Source of the DNA: Octopus vulgaris
Lineage: Eukaryota
Length of the DNA: 64,000 bases
Reading direction: 5' to 3'
Assembly (NCBI GenBank): GCA_951406725.2
Contig: OX597819.1
Coordinates: 91,512,001-91,576,000 of the forward strand
Part shown: in pieces, positions 1-13,485 of the stretch
Numbering within the stretch: the stretch's first letter is position 1
How the letters are laid out: each line of letters opens with the position of its first letter
Translations under genes and position numbers: made by a program
The notes under the pieces: generated by a model
The model's database searches: none
The model's input: the letters and a program-made list of their open reading frames with translations, nothing else
Told to the model about the DNA's origin: nothing

Positions 1-878
1 TGCTACACTCTCAGAGCAGTTACCCCCACTACAGACTTGGTTGCTTAGGCAGTGGAGACTATTAACTACTAGTTTCTCCCCCTAGCATGTGATGGAATCT
101 GTTTTCTGTACATCTTCAGTGTTTATTATTCTAGTGCATCTGCCACACACAAAAACTATTTTCTCAGTTAACCTTCCTTTGATATTGCTGCACCTCTTAT
201 GTGTCCATAGCTTTCACTGGGTACATCGTATGGAGTCTCTACCCATGCCTTTTCTACTGATTGAGCAGGGCCATCTACCTGAAGGGGGTTGTGATTTGAT
301 AGCCTTCCTACTTACTAAGAGTTTGGTTTTTGCTAGGTTAACCCTAAGACCCTTCAATTCTAGACTTTGCTTCCACACCCTAAACTTTGTCTCCAGTTCT
401 GGCAGTGACTCAGCTATTAGAGCAAGGTCATCAGCATAGAGGAGGCCCCAGGGGCATCTTGTCTTGAATTCCTCTGCTATTGCCTGGAGGACTATAATGA
501 ATAAGAGGAGGCTGAGGACTGATCCTTGGTGAACTACTTCTACTCGGAATTCTTCACTATACTCATTGCCAACCCTCACCTTACTGACAGCATCCCTGTA
601 CAGGGCTTGTACAGCTCTTACTAATCACTTGTCTATCCCCAGTTTCCGTATTGATCACCAGACAAGGGAGCAGGAGTCCCAGTCAAAGGCTTTCTCCAAG
701 TCAACAAAAGCCAAGTACAGAGGTTTATCTTTGGCTAGATATTTCTCCTGCAGTTGCCTTACCAGAAATATAGCATCAGTGGTGCTTCTGCCTGGCACAA
801 AACCAAACTGCATCTCATCTAGGCTAACTCTCTCCCTAATTAGTTGGCCTGTGACCCTCTCTGTAACGTCCATCACCT
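1..878 (-). mobile_element. Decayed RTE-clade LINE reverse transcriptase fragment
   Basis: QFGFVPGRSTTDAIF, AFVDLEKAFD, HQGSVLS.LLF and LLYADDL motifs across broken frames. Confidence 0.9.
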
Positions 879-1210
879 AAAACAAAAATAACACTGACAT
901 CTCATTTTAATAGATATACAGGGTGCATAAGATATTCGAGGACAGCTTTATGCTTATAAAAAACAGATATATATGCTATGAGGATAAAAATAAACCGTCT
1001 TTTCTATAATGTCATTTAATAAAGCTACCATCAGCTTCAACAACTGCTTCCACATGAGATCTAAATCATCTACATGCTCAAATCAAGTGGTCCTGGTTCA
1101 TTTTGGACATTACTCTGACTATGGCAACAACACTCAACATGTAATAGTCCAATGGATTGAGATCTGGGAAATTAGGAGGCCAAATGTTAGGGATGTGTGT
1201 GTATATAGAC

Positions 1211-1265
<55 letters not shown>

Positions 1266-1612
1266 GATGTGTGTGTATGATTTCATTTTCTCCTCATGTG
1301 TATATATGTTTCACTTGGTTGTAAACAGCAGCTTCTCTAACAGTGTCATTTGTTTACAATCCACTTTGTAGCACTTTGAAGCTGTTTGTTTCTAGTTTTC
1401 CACATATGCCTGGGATGTTTGGTGTTTGTTGAACCAGGAGATTATTTTCTTATTTGGAAACAGGTGGGGATTGGCATCAAGTAGGACACCCAGATGTAGA
1501 AAACCTTGCCCCAACAACATACCCAGCCTGACCTACACAAGCATAGAAAAGCAATGCTGATGATCAATCTGTCTGTCTATATGAGAAAGTATGTGTGTGT
1601 GCACATGTGTGA

Positions 1613-1647
<35 letters not shown>

Positions 1648-2157
1648 TGTGTTTCCTTGTCTTGACATTGTGCTGTAGCTATAAACTAATGTTATTGGTC
1701 ATACAAATGTTGTCATTTGTTTCCACTCTTCCATGCAAACATGTTCAGCCTTTGAGAAATATTACCTTGCTTGAAAACAGACAAGGGCTGCCAACAGAAA
1801 CCAACCCAATCAATAAAAAAAAAAACCATCTGGTCATAGAAAACCTTCCTTGGTGATTTCAGCCCAATACATGCAAAATGTGGAAAAATGGACCTTAAAA
1901 CAATGATGATGATGATGACAATGATGAAGATGACGAAGATGACAACCATTGATGACGATGATGATTCATAACAAAGATTTATATATTATATATATATATA
2001 TACACATAAAGGTTAAGAGAAACAGCACCTATAATTATATCTATATAGTTATATATTTATATTAATGTTTACCTGTATGGTTTTTATTACATGCTGGCCA
2101 CTGTTAAGATCATTAATTGATTTTATCCTTAATTATGTATGCATCATCATATATATG

Positions 2158-2237
<80 letters not shown>

Positions 2238-2249
2238 ATATATATTATT

Positions 2250-2815
2250 TATTAAGCGAAATCGAAATCGAACTGAACCAGCCAGGATCCCTGGTCTGGT
2301 GGTACGTAAAAAGCACTATCCGACTCGTGGCTGATGCCAGTGCCGCCTCCACTGGCTTCCGTGCCGGTGGCACGTAAAATACACCAATCCAACCGTACAA
2401 CAGGCACCTATGCCAACCCCCTTTGCTTGCGAAGACATGTTGGGGCAAGTGAAATCGAAATCGAATTGAACCAGCCAGGATCCCTGGTCTGGTGGTACGT
2501 AAAAAGCACTATCCGACTCGTGGCCGATGCCAGCGCCGCCTCGACTGGCTTCCGTGCCGGTCGCACATAAAATACACCAATCCGACCGTGGCCGTTGCCA
2601 GCCTCGCCTGGCACCTGTGCAGGTGGCACGTAAAAAGCACCCACTACACTCACGGAGTGGTTGGCGTTAGGAAGGGCATCCAGCTGTAGAAACATTGCCA
2701 GATAAAACTGGAGCCTGGTGCAGCCTTCTGGCTTCCCAGATCCCCAGTCGAACCGTCCAACCCATGCTAGCATGGAGAACGGACATTAAACGATGATGAT
2801 GATGATGATGATGAT
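2250..2815 (+). mobile_element. 5'-truncated RTE 3'UTR / RTE-tail SINE with an internal duplication
   Basis: Two copies of gaaatcgaaatcgaa..ccagccaggatccc (~2258 and ~2451); same 3' end as 50750-51180; (GAT)n tail. Confidence 0.75.
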
Positions 2816-2881
2816 TAAGATATTTCGTATTTACAAGATTATATACGTATATTTATTTAATTATTTTATTGTTTTTCTCCT

Positions 2882-2964
2882 TGACCTGAAGAGAAGCTAT
2901 ATTTATATTGAATTGATTTTACTGTTATCATTTCTTAAATATAGCCATGAAACACGTGTAGTCA
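2882..2964 (+). ncRNA. Type-I hammerhead-ribozyme-like motif
   Basis: TGAC-CTGAAGA-[GCTATATTTA...TAAATATAGC]-GAAAC-ACGT-GTA-GTCA: core boxes, stems I/II and a palindromic stem III. Confidence 0.6.
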
Positions 2965-3166
2965 TTTTACCAAATATATACATTTTATTTATTATTTTGC
3001 ACATTACTTAATCATTGGTATATGTTTTTATCTTATATTTAATTTTTTCTATAGGATGTAATTTTTTTCTACATGGTATAATTTAATTTTTTCATTGTTG
3101 AATTGATAAAAGGTATTTTTTTTCTAATTTATATATATATATATATATATGAAGAGTAAGACCTAC

Positions 3167-3391
3167 CTTGGTTCTTGGCTTGGTAATTGTTGCAAGTTTC
3201 ATCCACTAGCCCATGGGCATGAGCATAAGCATATACACCAGTGTCATCTCCACCTTCGCAGCTGCCTGCATTTGCACAATCAATGACTTCCTGGACAGAT
3301 AAGTAAGCAGGAGGCCAGGGGTAAGATCGATGAATGTTGATTCTATCAGCAAGTGCACTGGTTGCGCCCATGGCCCAGCAGGATCCACAGT
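3167..3391 (-). CDS. CTSZ: Cathepsin Z/X, coding exon 3 (catalytic Cys)
   Basis: tctcag| acceptor; reads (Y)[74 protein letters not shown], with the papain-family CGSCW motif; donor GTAGGT; 225 nt. Remaining exons lie outside the window. Confidence 0.96.
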
Positions 3392-4705
3392 CTGAGATAA
3401 AACAACAGAAATCAGAGGAGATAAGTTCGAACAATTCAGTGAGAGAGACCAATATACACAATTCTGAATGATACAACAAGATACATATATAATTCTGAAC
3501 AGGTGTGACTGTGTGGTTAAGAAGCTTGCTTTCCAACCATGTGGTCTAGAGTTCAACCCACTCCTTGGCACCTTGGATCTTCTGTTATAGCCCTGGACCG
3601 ATCAAAGCCTTGTGATGGATTTGGCAATGGAAACCAAAAGAAGCCAATTTTATATGTATGTATATATAAACATATCTATAATCGTAAAAATTAAAAGTAA
3701 TTCAAATTCAATGTTTTCTTGAACCAATAAATTTTTACTTGTTTCAGCCATTTGACTGTGGCCATGCTGGAGCACTGCCTTTTAGTTGAACAAATTGACT
3801 CCAGGACTTATCCTTATCCTTTGTAAGCCTAGTACTTATTCTATCAATCTCTTTTGTTGAACCGCTAAGTTACAGGGGTGTAAAGACACCAACATCAGTT
3901 GTCAAGAGATGGTGGGGGGACAAACACAGACAAACAGACACACACACACACATATACGATAGGCTTTTTTCAGTTTCCATCAACCAAATCCACTCACAAG
4001 GCTTTGGTTAGCCCAAGGCTATAGTAGAAGACACTGGCCTAAAGTGCCATGCAGTGGGACTGAACCTTATGGTTGGGAAGTAAGGTTCTTACCACACAGC
4101 CACGCTGTGCCAATGTTGAAAAAAAAATAAACATTTAATAGAACAAAATACATATTAGGTTTTACCTCCTAGAATGAAATTATATCGACCCCAGTGCGTA
4201 ACTGGTACTTAATTTATCGACCCCGAAAGGATGAAAGGCAAAGTCGACCTCGGCGGAATTTGAACTCAGAACGTAGCGGCAGATGAAATACCGCTAAGCA
4301 TTTCGCCCGGCCTGCTAACGTTTCTGCCAGCTCACCGCCTTGTAATACAGCGTTCTGTGCAATTGCAATACCAGTTATCAAATGGTGGCGGAGGACAAAT
4401 ACACATATATCAGTTTCTGTCAACCAAATTCGCTCACAAAGGCTTTGGTTAACCTGAAGCTATAGTTGAAGGCATTTGTTCAAGGTGCATACAGTAGGAC
4501 TAAATTTGGAATAATGTGGTCAGGAAGCAAGCTTCTTATCACACAGCCATGCCTACACCTGTAGTCATGTTTGCACCTACATGGGTAGATGTCCTGAAAA
4601 TGGCTGTGAGAAGTTAATCATTCAATTATCTTTCTGAAATGGAGGAAAGGAAGGAACAGGGGTGTATGGATAGCAGCTAGAAGTTTGGCTTATTAGTACG
4701 ATGGG

Positions 4706-5190
4706 AAGAAAGAAAGAAAGAAAGAAAGAAAGAGAGAAAGAAAGAACGAAAGAAAGAAAGAACGAAAGAAAGAAAGAACGAAAGAAAGAAAGAACGAAAG
4801 AAAGAAAGTAGGAAAAGGAAGAAAAGAAAAAAGCAAGAAAGAATGAAGGGAGAATGAGAGATAGAAAAAGAGAAAGTGTGAGAAAATGACTGAGAGAGTG
4901 GAAGAGGAAAAAAAGAGAGAGAAAGAAGGAAGAGAAGAGAGGAAAACAAATAGAAAGAGAAAAAGAAAAAGAGAGAAAACAGATGGAAAAAAGAAAGGAG
5001 TGAAAGAAGGTAAAGAAAACTGATAGACAGACAGATAAATACAGGTCAATAACTAAACAGAGAAATTATTAGTTAGCTAGCTAACTGTATGACAATTCTT
5101 ATTTTTTCATTCATTATGAAAGGAGAGAGGAGGAAGAGAGAGAAAGAGTGATGTGGAAGAGGGGAGAGAGAGGAGGAGGAGGAACGATGA
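4706..5190 (+). repeat. (GAAA)n / polypurine tract
   Basis: Directly visible purine-rich simple repeat. Confidence 0.9.
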
Positions 5191-5504
5191 AGTCGCTGAA
5201 CCAGAAGTTACACAGCAGATTGACACACTTCACAATCATTATTTAGAAGGAATCATGTGATGAAAAAAGGACAGCATTACTCATTAATTAATATTAGTCA
5301 GAGTAATTCCTTCAAATAATTCAATCTCTAAAATATGCTAATTATTATATATTTATCATGAAGTCTGCTGAGGTCAACTTTGCCTTTCATCCTTTTGAGC
5401 TTAGTAAAATAAGTACGAATGGAGGACTGGGGGTCAATGTAACTGATTAGACCGCTCCCCCAAAATTTCAGGTCTTGTACCTATAGTATAAAGGATTATT
5501 ATTG

Positions 5505-5991
<487 letters not shown>

Positions 5992-6029
5992 ATTATTATT
6001 ATATTTCACTTATGTAAGAGCAGACAACA

Positions 6030-7450
6030 ACTTGTTGCAAGAACCTTGCACAGTCTCTTTCCATGATACTTAACATCCAAGTACCAGTTCCAAAATCCTC
6101 ACTGTCCTCAATAAAGCAGTTTTCTGAGCATATTCTACCCTCATGTCAATCCCAATTTCTCCAATAAATTTTTCAAACATGGTTGTGAATGCTCCTACAA
6201 CTATTGAGACAATAGTTAGTGTTTTCATTGTTGCCAGGGCCATAGATTGGCTCCCATGCTGGTGATGCATGAAAAGCACCATTCCAGTGTGATAGTTGCT
6301 AGTGTCGCCTTACCAGCACATGTGCTGGTGGCACGTGAAAAACAGCATTCAAGCGTGGTCATTGCCAGTGCCGCCTGACTGGCTCCTGTGCAGGTAGCAT
6401 GTAAAAACACTTTTGAGCCTAGTCATTACCAGAACCGCCTGACTGGCCCTCATGCCGGTGGCACATAAAAGCACCCACTACACTCTCGGAATGGTTGGCA
6501 TTAGGAATGACATCCAGCTGTAGAAACCTTGCCAGATCAGATTGAGCCTGGTACAGACTCTTGCTCACCAGTCCTCAGTCAAACCGTCCAACCCATACCA
6601 GCATGGAAAGCGGACGTTAAACGATGATGATGATTGTCCACATTTGTGCAATCACACCATGAAGTGGTTTGTATTTCTCAATCTTTCAAATTCTTTATCA
6701 TCCACTCATATATCCCCAAGTATGGCAATATCTATGATCTTGGTTTCCTTCATCATATTACCAACCACAACAATGTCTGGTCTCTGAATCACTCAGTTTT
6801 GCAAAATGTCTGGTCTCTGAATCACTCAGTTTTTCAAAATCCCACAAGATCTTATACTCATTATTCTTGGTGACACCTTCTGGGTCAAACTCATACCATT
6901 TCAATGTCTCTTCAAGATTGTACTTCTCACACAATTTCCAATGAATATACTCAACTACATTATCATGCCTCCTTTTGTATTCCTTTTGAGCCAGTTTGCT
7001 ACACTCACTCACAATAAGAGAGATAGTTTCATTTTTGACACTACACATCCTACAAAGGGGCAATTCACTACTCTTATCTATTTAGAACTAGATGTAATTT
7101 AGTTCCTGAATATTGCATATCAGTATCTCACTGCATCATTTTAGATCACTTTTTCTTCGTCACCTCAAGGCATTGGTCTTATATTTCCCTTCCATTTCTC
7201 TAAGGTATTGCCCATGCAATGCTTTTACTTTCCACTCATCCAATCTTTGCTCTCCATCCTGTTTCCTAAATTCTTTTGGGTGTGTCACATTTTCACTATG
7301 TATCGTGTTGCTATTTTTAACAGCAACAACCAAAGGTTCAATCTGCTGTTTGACATACCATCCCAGATTGTCCCCTTCACTGACAACAAACTCTTGTGTC
7401 CTATCATCCCTCTTCCTTCATTGTTTCTAGACCAGGGTTGGTCTGCTTGA
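6030..7450 (-). mobile_element. Decayed RLE-type (R4/Dong-like) LINE C-terminal region
   Basis: CRMCSVKNETISLIVSEC..LAQKEYKRRHDNV..HWKLC zinc-knuckle/RHD motif, KILWDF, and a terminal ..QKTALL.TVRIL segment. Confidence 0.8.
6228..6633 (+). mobile_element. RTE 3'UTR-type repeat inserted into an RLE LINE
   Basis: Same tandem units and tail; it interrupts the minus-strand RLE-LINE fragments on both sides. Confidence 0.75.
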
Positions 7451-8257
7451 TACTTTCTTGAAATGGGTTTATTTAAACATACATTTAAAAAAAATTTTAT
7501 CAAAATTTAAGATTGTACTGAAAAGTAAAAAAGAAAGATACTACTGTCTGTGCCACGATAATATTTCATGTTGAATCAATGATTATTCATTCATTATTAT
7601 AATAATAGCATGAGAAACCAAAATGCTTTCAATTCTGTCAGTATACAAGCAGCCCTCAAAAACCCTTTCTGTGATTAAAGTGACCTGCAATGTAATTTGA
7701 GTTGGCCAGGCCTGTTCTAGATACATACAATCTATCGACATCACTTTTGGTATGTAGTTCCTTGTTCATTGTCATCACCTTCCTTGTCTTTCTATCCATT
7801 TCCTCAAGCTAATTCTTTGTTCATCTAACAACATTTATGCCATATCACATTAAAGAGACAACCCATATATTCACTGCCCTGATCTTGTTCATTCTTCTGA
7901 GTCTACTCCTCATAATTAACTTGGTTCTCCTGAGGTATTCTTGCCTAAATCCCTCCTTCATCTCACTCTACTTGATTTTGTTGTACTCCATAACAACCAT
8001 TTGTATCCATCCACCTCAACATCCTTAAATCTTGCACTGTTGGTCAGTTCTATACCATCAGATGACATTAGTTTCCCAACTTATTATCATCATTATTAAA
8101 GGTGGCAAGCTGGCAGAATGCTTAATGGCATTTCGTCCATCTTTACATTCTGAGTTCAAATTCTGCTATTCAAATACTGGAGTTGATGTAATCGACTTGT
8201 CCCCTCCCCGCAAATTTCAGGCTTTGTGCCTTTAGAAGAAAGGATTATTATTATTAT

Positions 8258-8298
<41 letters not shown>

Positions 8299-8375
8299 TT
8301 ATTATTATTATCATTATTATTATTAGTACTAGTAGTAGTAGTAGTACTACTACTACTAGTAGTAGTAGTAGTAGT

Positions 8376-8968
8376 AAGGTGGCAAGCTAGCGGAAACATT
8401 AGCACGCCGGGCAAAATGCTTAGCGGTATTTCGTCTGTCTTTACGTTCTGAGTTCAAATTCCGCCAAGGTCGACTATGCCTTTCATCCTTTCGGGGTCAA
8501 TAAATTAAGTACCGGTTGCATACTTTTTAAGGACCCCCTTCGGTCATGAATGACCATGGGATTGCACCTAGAAAGTTACCCTCCGAGGCACAAGTCCGGG
8601 CAAGGTTGTTTATGGAAGGCTAGCAGTTGCCCATGCATACCGGCCTCTCCTCTCCATGCCACCAGTGTTATCCAAGGGAAAGGCAAAGGCTGACACAGCT
8701 TGACACCAGTAATGTCGCAACTCGTTTCTACAGCTGAGTTAACTGGAGCAATGTGAAATAAAGTGCCTTGCTCAAGAACACAACACACAACCTGGTCCGG
8801 GAATCAAACTCACAACCTCATAATCGTAAGCTCGACGCTCTAACCACTGAGCCATGCGCCTTCACACCAGCATACTGGGGTCAATCTAATTGACTGGCCC
8901 CCTCCCTAAAAATTTGGAGCCTTGTGCCTAGAGTAGAAAAGGATTATTGTTGTTGTTGTTGTTGTTGT

Positions 8969-9030
<62 letters not shown>

Positions 9031-9485
9031 TAAAGCAGTGAGCTGGCAGAATTGTTAGCATGCCGGGCAAAATACTTAGTGGCATTTCATCCCTTATTAT
9101 GCTCTGAGTTCAAATTCCAACGAGGTCAACTTTGCCCTTCATCCTCTCCGGGTTGATAAAATGAGTACCAAAATTTGAAACTACTATTATTATTATCAAT
9201 TGACTTAACATCTCCCCTCCCCACCCACATTGCTGGCCTTGTGCCAAAATTTGAAATCACAATTATTAAGGTGGTGAGCTGGCAGAATCATTAGCATGCT
9301 AGACGAAATGCTTAGCAGTATTTCACCCATCGCTATGTTCTGAGTTCAAATTCCACTGAGGTTTACTTTGCCTTTCATCCTTTCAGGATCAATGAATTAA
9401 GTACCAATTAAATTCTGGGCTTGATGTAATCCCCCTCCCTCTTCTCCAAATTTCAGGCCTTGTGCCTATAAAGCAGAAAGAAGGA
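8376..9485. mobile_element. Cluster of family C SINEs in (TTA)/(TAG) microsatellites, with a nested tRNA-SINE (~8530-8865, minus)
   Basis: Repeated ggcgagctggcagaa..gttagcacgccgggc..gagttcaaattcc units. Other copies at 4170-4340(-), 8100-8245, 19774-20220 and 23644-23850. Confidence 0.75.
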
Positions 9486-9924
9486 TTATTATTATTGTTA
9501 TTATTACTCTCTCTTTACTCTTTTACTTGTATCAGTCATTTGACTGTGGCCATGCTGGAGCACCGCCTTTAGTTGAGCAACTCAACCCCGGGACTTATTC
9601 TTTGTAAGCCCAGTACTTATTCTATCAGTCTCTTTTGCCGAACCACTAAGTAACGGGGACATAAACACACCAGCATTGGTTGTCAAACAATGCTAGAGGG
9701 ACACACACAGACACACATGCATATATATATATACATATATACGACGGGCTTCTTTCAGTTTCTGTCTACCAAATCCACTTACAAGGCTTTGGTCGGCCCG
9801 AGGCTATAGTAGAAGACACTTGCCCAAGGTGCCATGCAGTGGGACTGAACCCGGAACTATATGGTTGGTAAACAAGCTACTTACCACACAGCCACTCCTG
9901 CTCCTATTATTGTTATTATCATTA

Positions 9925-10360
9925 TTTTTTTTTTTACTTTTAATCTGCATCTTTGTTACAGTCATTTGCCAAGACACCCAGTGTCCTGGGGGGAGTGACA
10001 GATTAGAGATGTTACAGTATAACTGAAAGCTTGGGGAGGGTAGGTAGTGAAATATCTTCATATAATACAACACAGACATTCAAATGGATAGTGTTTTTCC
10101 AAGGATGTGAGCAGTACTTGTCAGCACAATCCTTTGGATTTCTCTAAGACATGGTTCTCCTGGGATCATATCCAGATATTTCTGACATCCCTCTTTTATC
10201 AAACCTAGGGCACCTACAATAACAGGAATAGTTCTTGTTTTAAGATGCCACATCTTTTGTATTTCAATTTCCAGGTCCTTATATTTAATTCCCTGACTGA
10301 TATATTTTTATAAGTGGGAACACTTACATCTATTAGTGTACAAGTATTTTCTTCCGTCAT
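9925..10360 (-). mobile_element. R4/Dong-like LINE 3' fragment next to (TAA)n
   Basis: The minus strand reads IDVSVP, KYKDLEIEIQKMWHLKTRTIPVIVGALG and ..VLTSTAHIL, an RLE C-terminus; flanked by TTA repeats. Confidence 0.7.
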
Positions 10361-10573
10361 ATTATTATTATTGTTGTTGTTGTTGTTATTATAATAATAA
10401 AGGCGAGCTAGCTGGCATAATTGTTAGCATACAGGGAAAAATACTAAGTAGCATTTCATCTGTCTTTATATTCTGAGTTCAAATGCTGCTATTGTCAACT
10501 TTGGCTTTTATCCTTTCAGGATTAATGAAATAAGTACCAGCTGAACTCTGGGGTAAATATAATTAACTTAGCC

Positions 10574-10890
10574 CAGTGGTTCCCAAACTTTTTCAAGCTG
10601 CTGCCCCTTTGGCACTAGAGCCACATTCCTAGTGCTCCCTGCTCCCTATCACCAGCACCACAAACATAGACCACTTTCTGCAGCAAATTCAAAACAACTG
10701 TATTTCACATATAAAACTTAACCTAATTAACCCATTATTTTTTTTCAGTGGTGGTGGGGTGGGGGGTACATCCATCACTCCCTTTTGACCACCCTATTAT
10801 TGCCCCACTTTTCTTCAATACCCCTCTTGATCTTTCTGCCACCCACAGGGGGAGGTGGGGGGGCAGTACCACCCACTTTGGGAACCACTG
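10574..10890. mobile_element. hAT (Charlie-like) MITE
   Basis: TIR CAGTGGTTCCCAAA / TTTGGGAACCACTG; 8-bp TSD acttagcc / atttagcc; inserted within a SINE. Confidence 0.85.
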
Positions 10891-11039
10891 ATTTAGCCCC
10901 TTCCACAAAATTTCTGGCCTTGTACACAAATTTGAAACAATTATTATCATCATCATCATTATCATCATTATTATTGTCATCACCATCATTATCATTATCA
11001 TTATTATTATTATCATCATTATCATTACTATTATTATTG

Positions 11040-11587
11040 AGAGAGCAGTGCATGCCATCAAGTGACACTGGGGTAAAATATACGAAGCCCAGTGTACCCA
11101 TCATCACTACCAGTCTGATAAGCGTACACTAGGCACATGCATCACAACCATGTGTGCGCAACATGGTAATCTCATATCAAGATAAACAGCACATGGCCTT
11201 GCAGATGGAGCCCAGTTAGAATTTTCTTCTGGTCAAGTAACCCATCCCACTCAAAAGGTCCCTGAATAAGGATTGTTTCAGGATGTTGAACGAAACACCT
11301 ATGTTTCCAGAGGTGAATTATTCAAACCCCAAAGAATCCCTCTCAACACATGGCTATGATGCTCCCCAACTACTTCTGCTCATGGTCAGAGATGCACATA
11401 TCGTCAACCACTAAGGGGCATACTCAACTGTTTAAAGTCAAACAACTGACAAGCAAATATGTGGTATTGAGCAGAATATTTGCAGTAGCCCATCTTTTAT
11501 ACCAAGACAAAACAATGTACATGATAACACTTCTAATCAGTTAAGATCAGAAGCCACAAGAGCCACTGCCTGGTACAGCATCAGGGC

Positions 11588-11590
<3 letters not shown>
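11040..11590. repeat. Unclassified interspersed repeat embedded in (TTA)n
   Basis: 11178-11545 is closely matched by 19388-19755. Confidence 0.7.
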
Positions 11591-11647
<57 letters not shown>

Positions 11648-12157
11648 GATTATACTTCTTGAAAAATTGTTAAATATTGAAATAGAGCTACAATGAAATT
11701 TTAAAAGTATTTTTAAATAAATAATAGTCTAGTTGTAATATGACAAGAATATTGATTAAATGAAAGTGAGGAAAAATAATGTATATTCCACAGCTGCTTT
11801 TTGTCAGTTGTTATTTAAACAGTCAAGATAATAGCATGGCTGAGAGATGCCTGTACATATAGTAGATACATAGACTCTATGTACATGTACACACAAGTCC
11901 CTTTGAGTAGTCCACGTAGAGGTAAACATAAGAACCAGTAGAGGTAAATACAGACAGGTCATATAGAGGTAAATACAGAGAATATGTACAGGTAAATATG
12001 AGTTGTCAAGTACAGACTATCTATGCAGAAGTAAATTCAAACTAGTTCATACATATAGTTAGTCAATGTACAGGTATCTAGAGAAAGTCCAGAATTAGTC
12101 CATACATATGTAAATATGTATTAACAGGTAAAGTCTATTAACAGGTAAAGACTATAT

Positions 12158-12582
12158 AGTTAAGTTAAGTTAATTTTGACTCAAAAAGCAAAAAGCAAGG
12201 CCATGTAGGGAGACATGGAGTTATGTACAGGGTGGTGTTCATGCAAAAAAAGTTCAGGCCATTTGTGGTCAAGGGAGACTTTGAACTGAGCGGTCGTCGG
12301 CATCTTCACTATCTCATCTGGCAGCTTATTCCACGGATCCACAACCCGGACGGAGAAAGCCCCACTCCTTCGATTGAGATGAAATCGGCGCAGATAGAGC
12401 TTTTCGGAGTGACCCCGCAGCCAACGCTCTGGAGCAGGAGTGAAGAACAGCTCTTTCGAGAGGTTACACTTTCCGCTTATGATGTTGTGAGCAAGAATGA
12501 GATCACCACGGCGGCGGCGTTTTTCTAGAGAATAAAGGTCGAGCGTCTTCAGCCTTTCTTCATAAGACAAATGCTTGAGACC
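12158..12582 (-). mobile_element. CR1-group LINE 3' end
   Basis: LSYEERLKTLDLYSLEKRRRRGDLI...WNKLP motif; (TAACT)n tail; closely related to 48290-49185. Confidence 0.88.
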
Positions 12583-12765
12583 AGTAGGTGCAAGTAAATT
12601 ATGTTAGTCTATATATGAGTAAATTATATTAGTCATTGTATAGGTAAAAACAATCCTTGTTTGTAAAAGTAAATACAAGGTAAGTAGAGATAGTCTATGT
12701 ACAGGTAAATGCAAGAATATTTCATTATTATTGTTTGAAAAGAATCTTAAAATAATACAACTTAC

Positions 12766-12884
12766 ATTGTGGAATATGTTGGTTACGGTTTGTGCTTGCA
12801 TAATTGATACCATTCATGTTACGCCAATCCCAACTCTTGGGAATATCTTCATATCTTAAGACTTCATGTGGACGAGCATAAGTT
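12766..12884 (-). CDS. CTSZ: Cathepsin Z/X, coding exon 2
   Basis: ttttttag| acceptor; reads [39 protein letters not shown], including the cathepsin-Z-specific HIP mini-loop insertion (RNQHIPQY); donor GTAAG; 119 nt. Confidence 0.95.
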
Positions 12885-13092
12885 CTAAAAAATGAAATTG
12901 AAATTTTAAATTACTGATTTAATCATACACAGGTAATTAGGGCTGACTGTAAGTTAATTGGATCAATCATTATTAATTAGATCCTAATTATAAAGTGGAT
13001 CAACACAGAAAATTTTTAAATTTTGTTAAAACTCTATGAAGTAACAATTTGTAATTGCTTTCTTATAACCACAGGGGTAAAAGCATGGCTAA

Positions 13093-13485
13093 CTCTTTTA
13101 CTTGTTTCAGTCATTTGACTGTGGCCATGCTGGAGCACCGCCTTTAGTCGAGCAAATCGACCCCGGGACTTATTCTTTGTAAGCCCAGTACTTATTCTAT
13201 CGGTCTCTTTTGCCGAACCGCTAAGTGATGGGGACGTAAACACACCAGCATTGGTTGTCAAGCAATGCTAGGGGGATAAACACAGACGCACAAACACACA
13301 TACATATATATATATATACATATATACGACAGGCTTCTTTCAGTTTCTGTCTACCAAATCCACTCACAAGGCATTGGTCAGCCCGGGGCTATAGCAGAAG
13401 ACATTTGCCCAAGATGCCACACAGTGGGACTGAACCCGGAACCATGTGGTTGGTTAGCAAGCTACTTACCACACAGCCACTCCTG
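13093..13485 (-). mobile_element. tRNA-derived SINE family A
   Basis: Near-identical reverse complement of 34741-35146. Confidence 0.85.

Noticed and set aside
3129-3536. 135-aa single-exon protease ORF
   Set aside because: Only 3167-3391 is exon; the flanks are intron and SINE read-through.
4677-5049. Phe/Ser/Leu-rich membrane-protein ORFs
   Set aside because: Reverse translation of the (GAAA)n tract.
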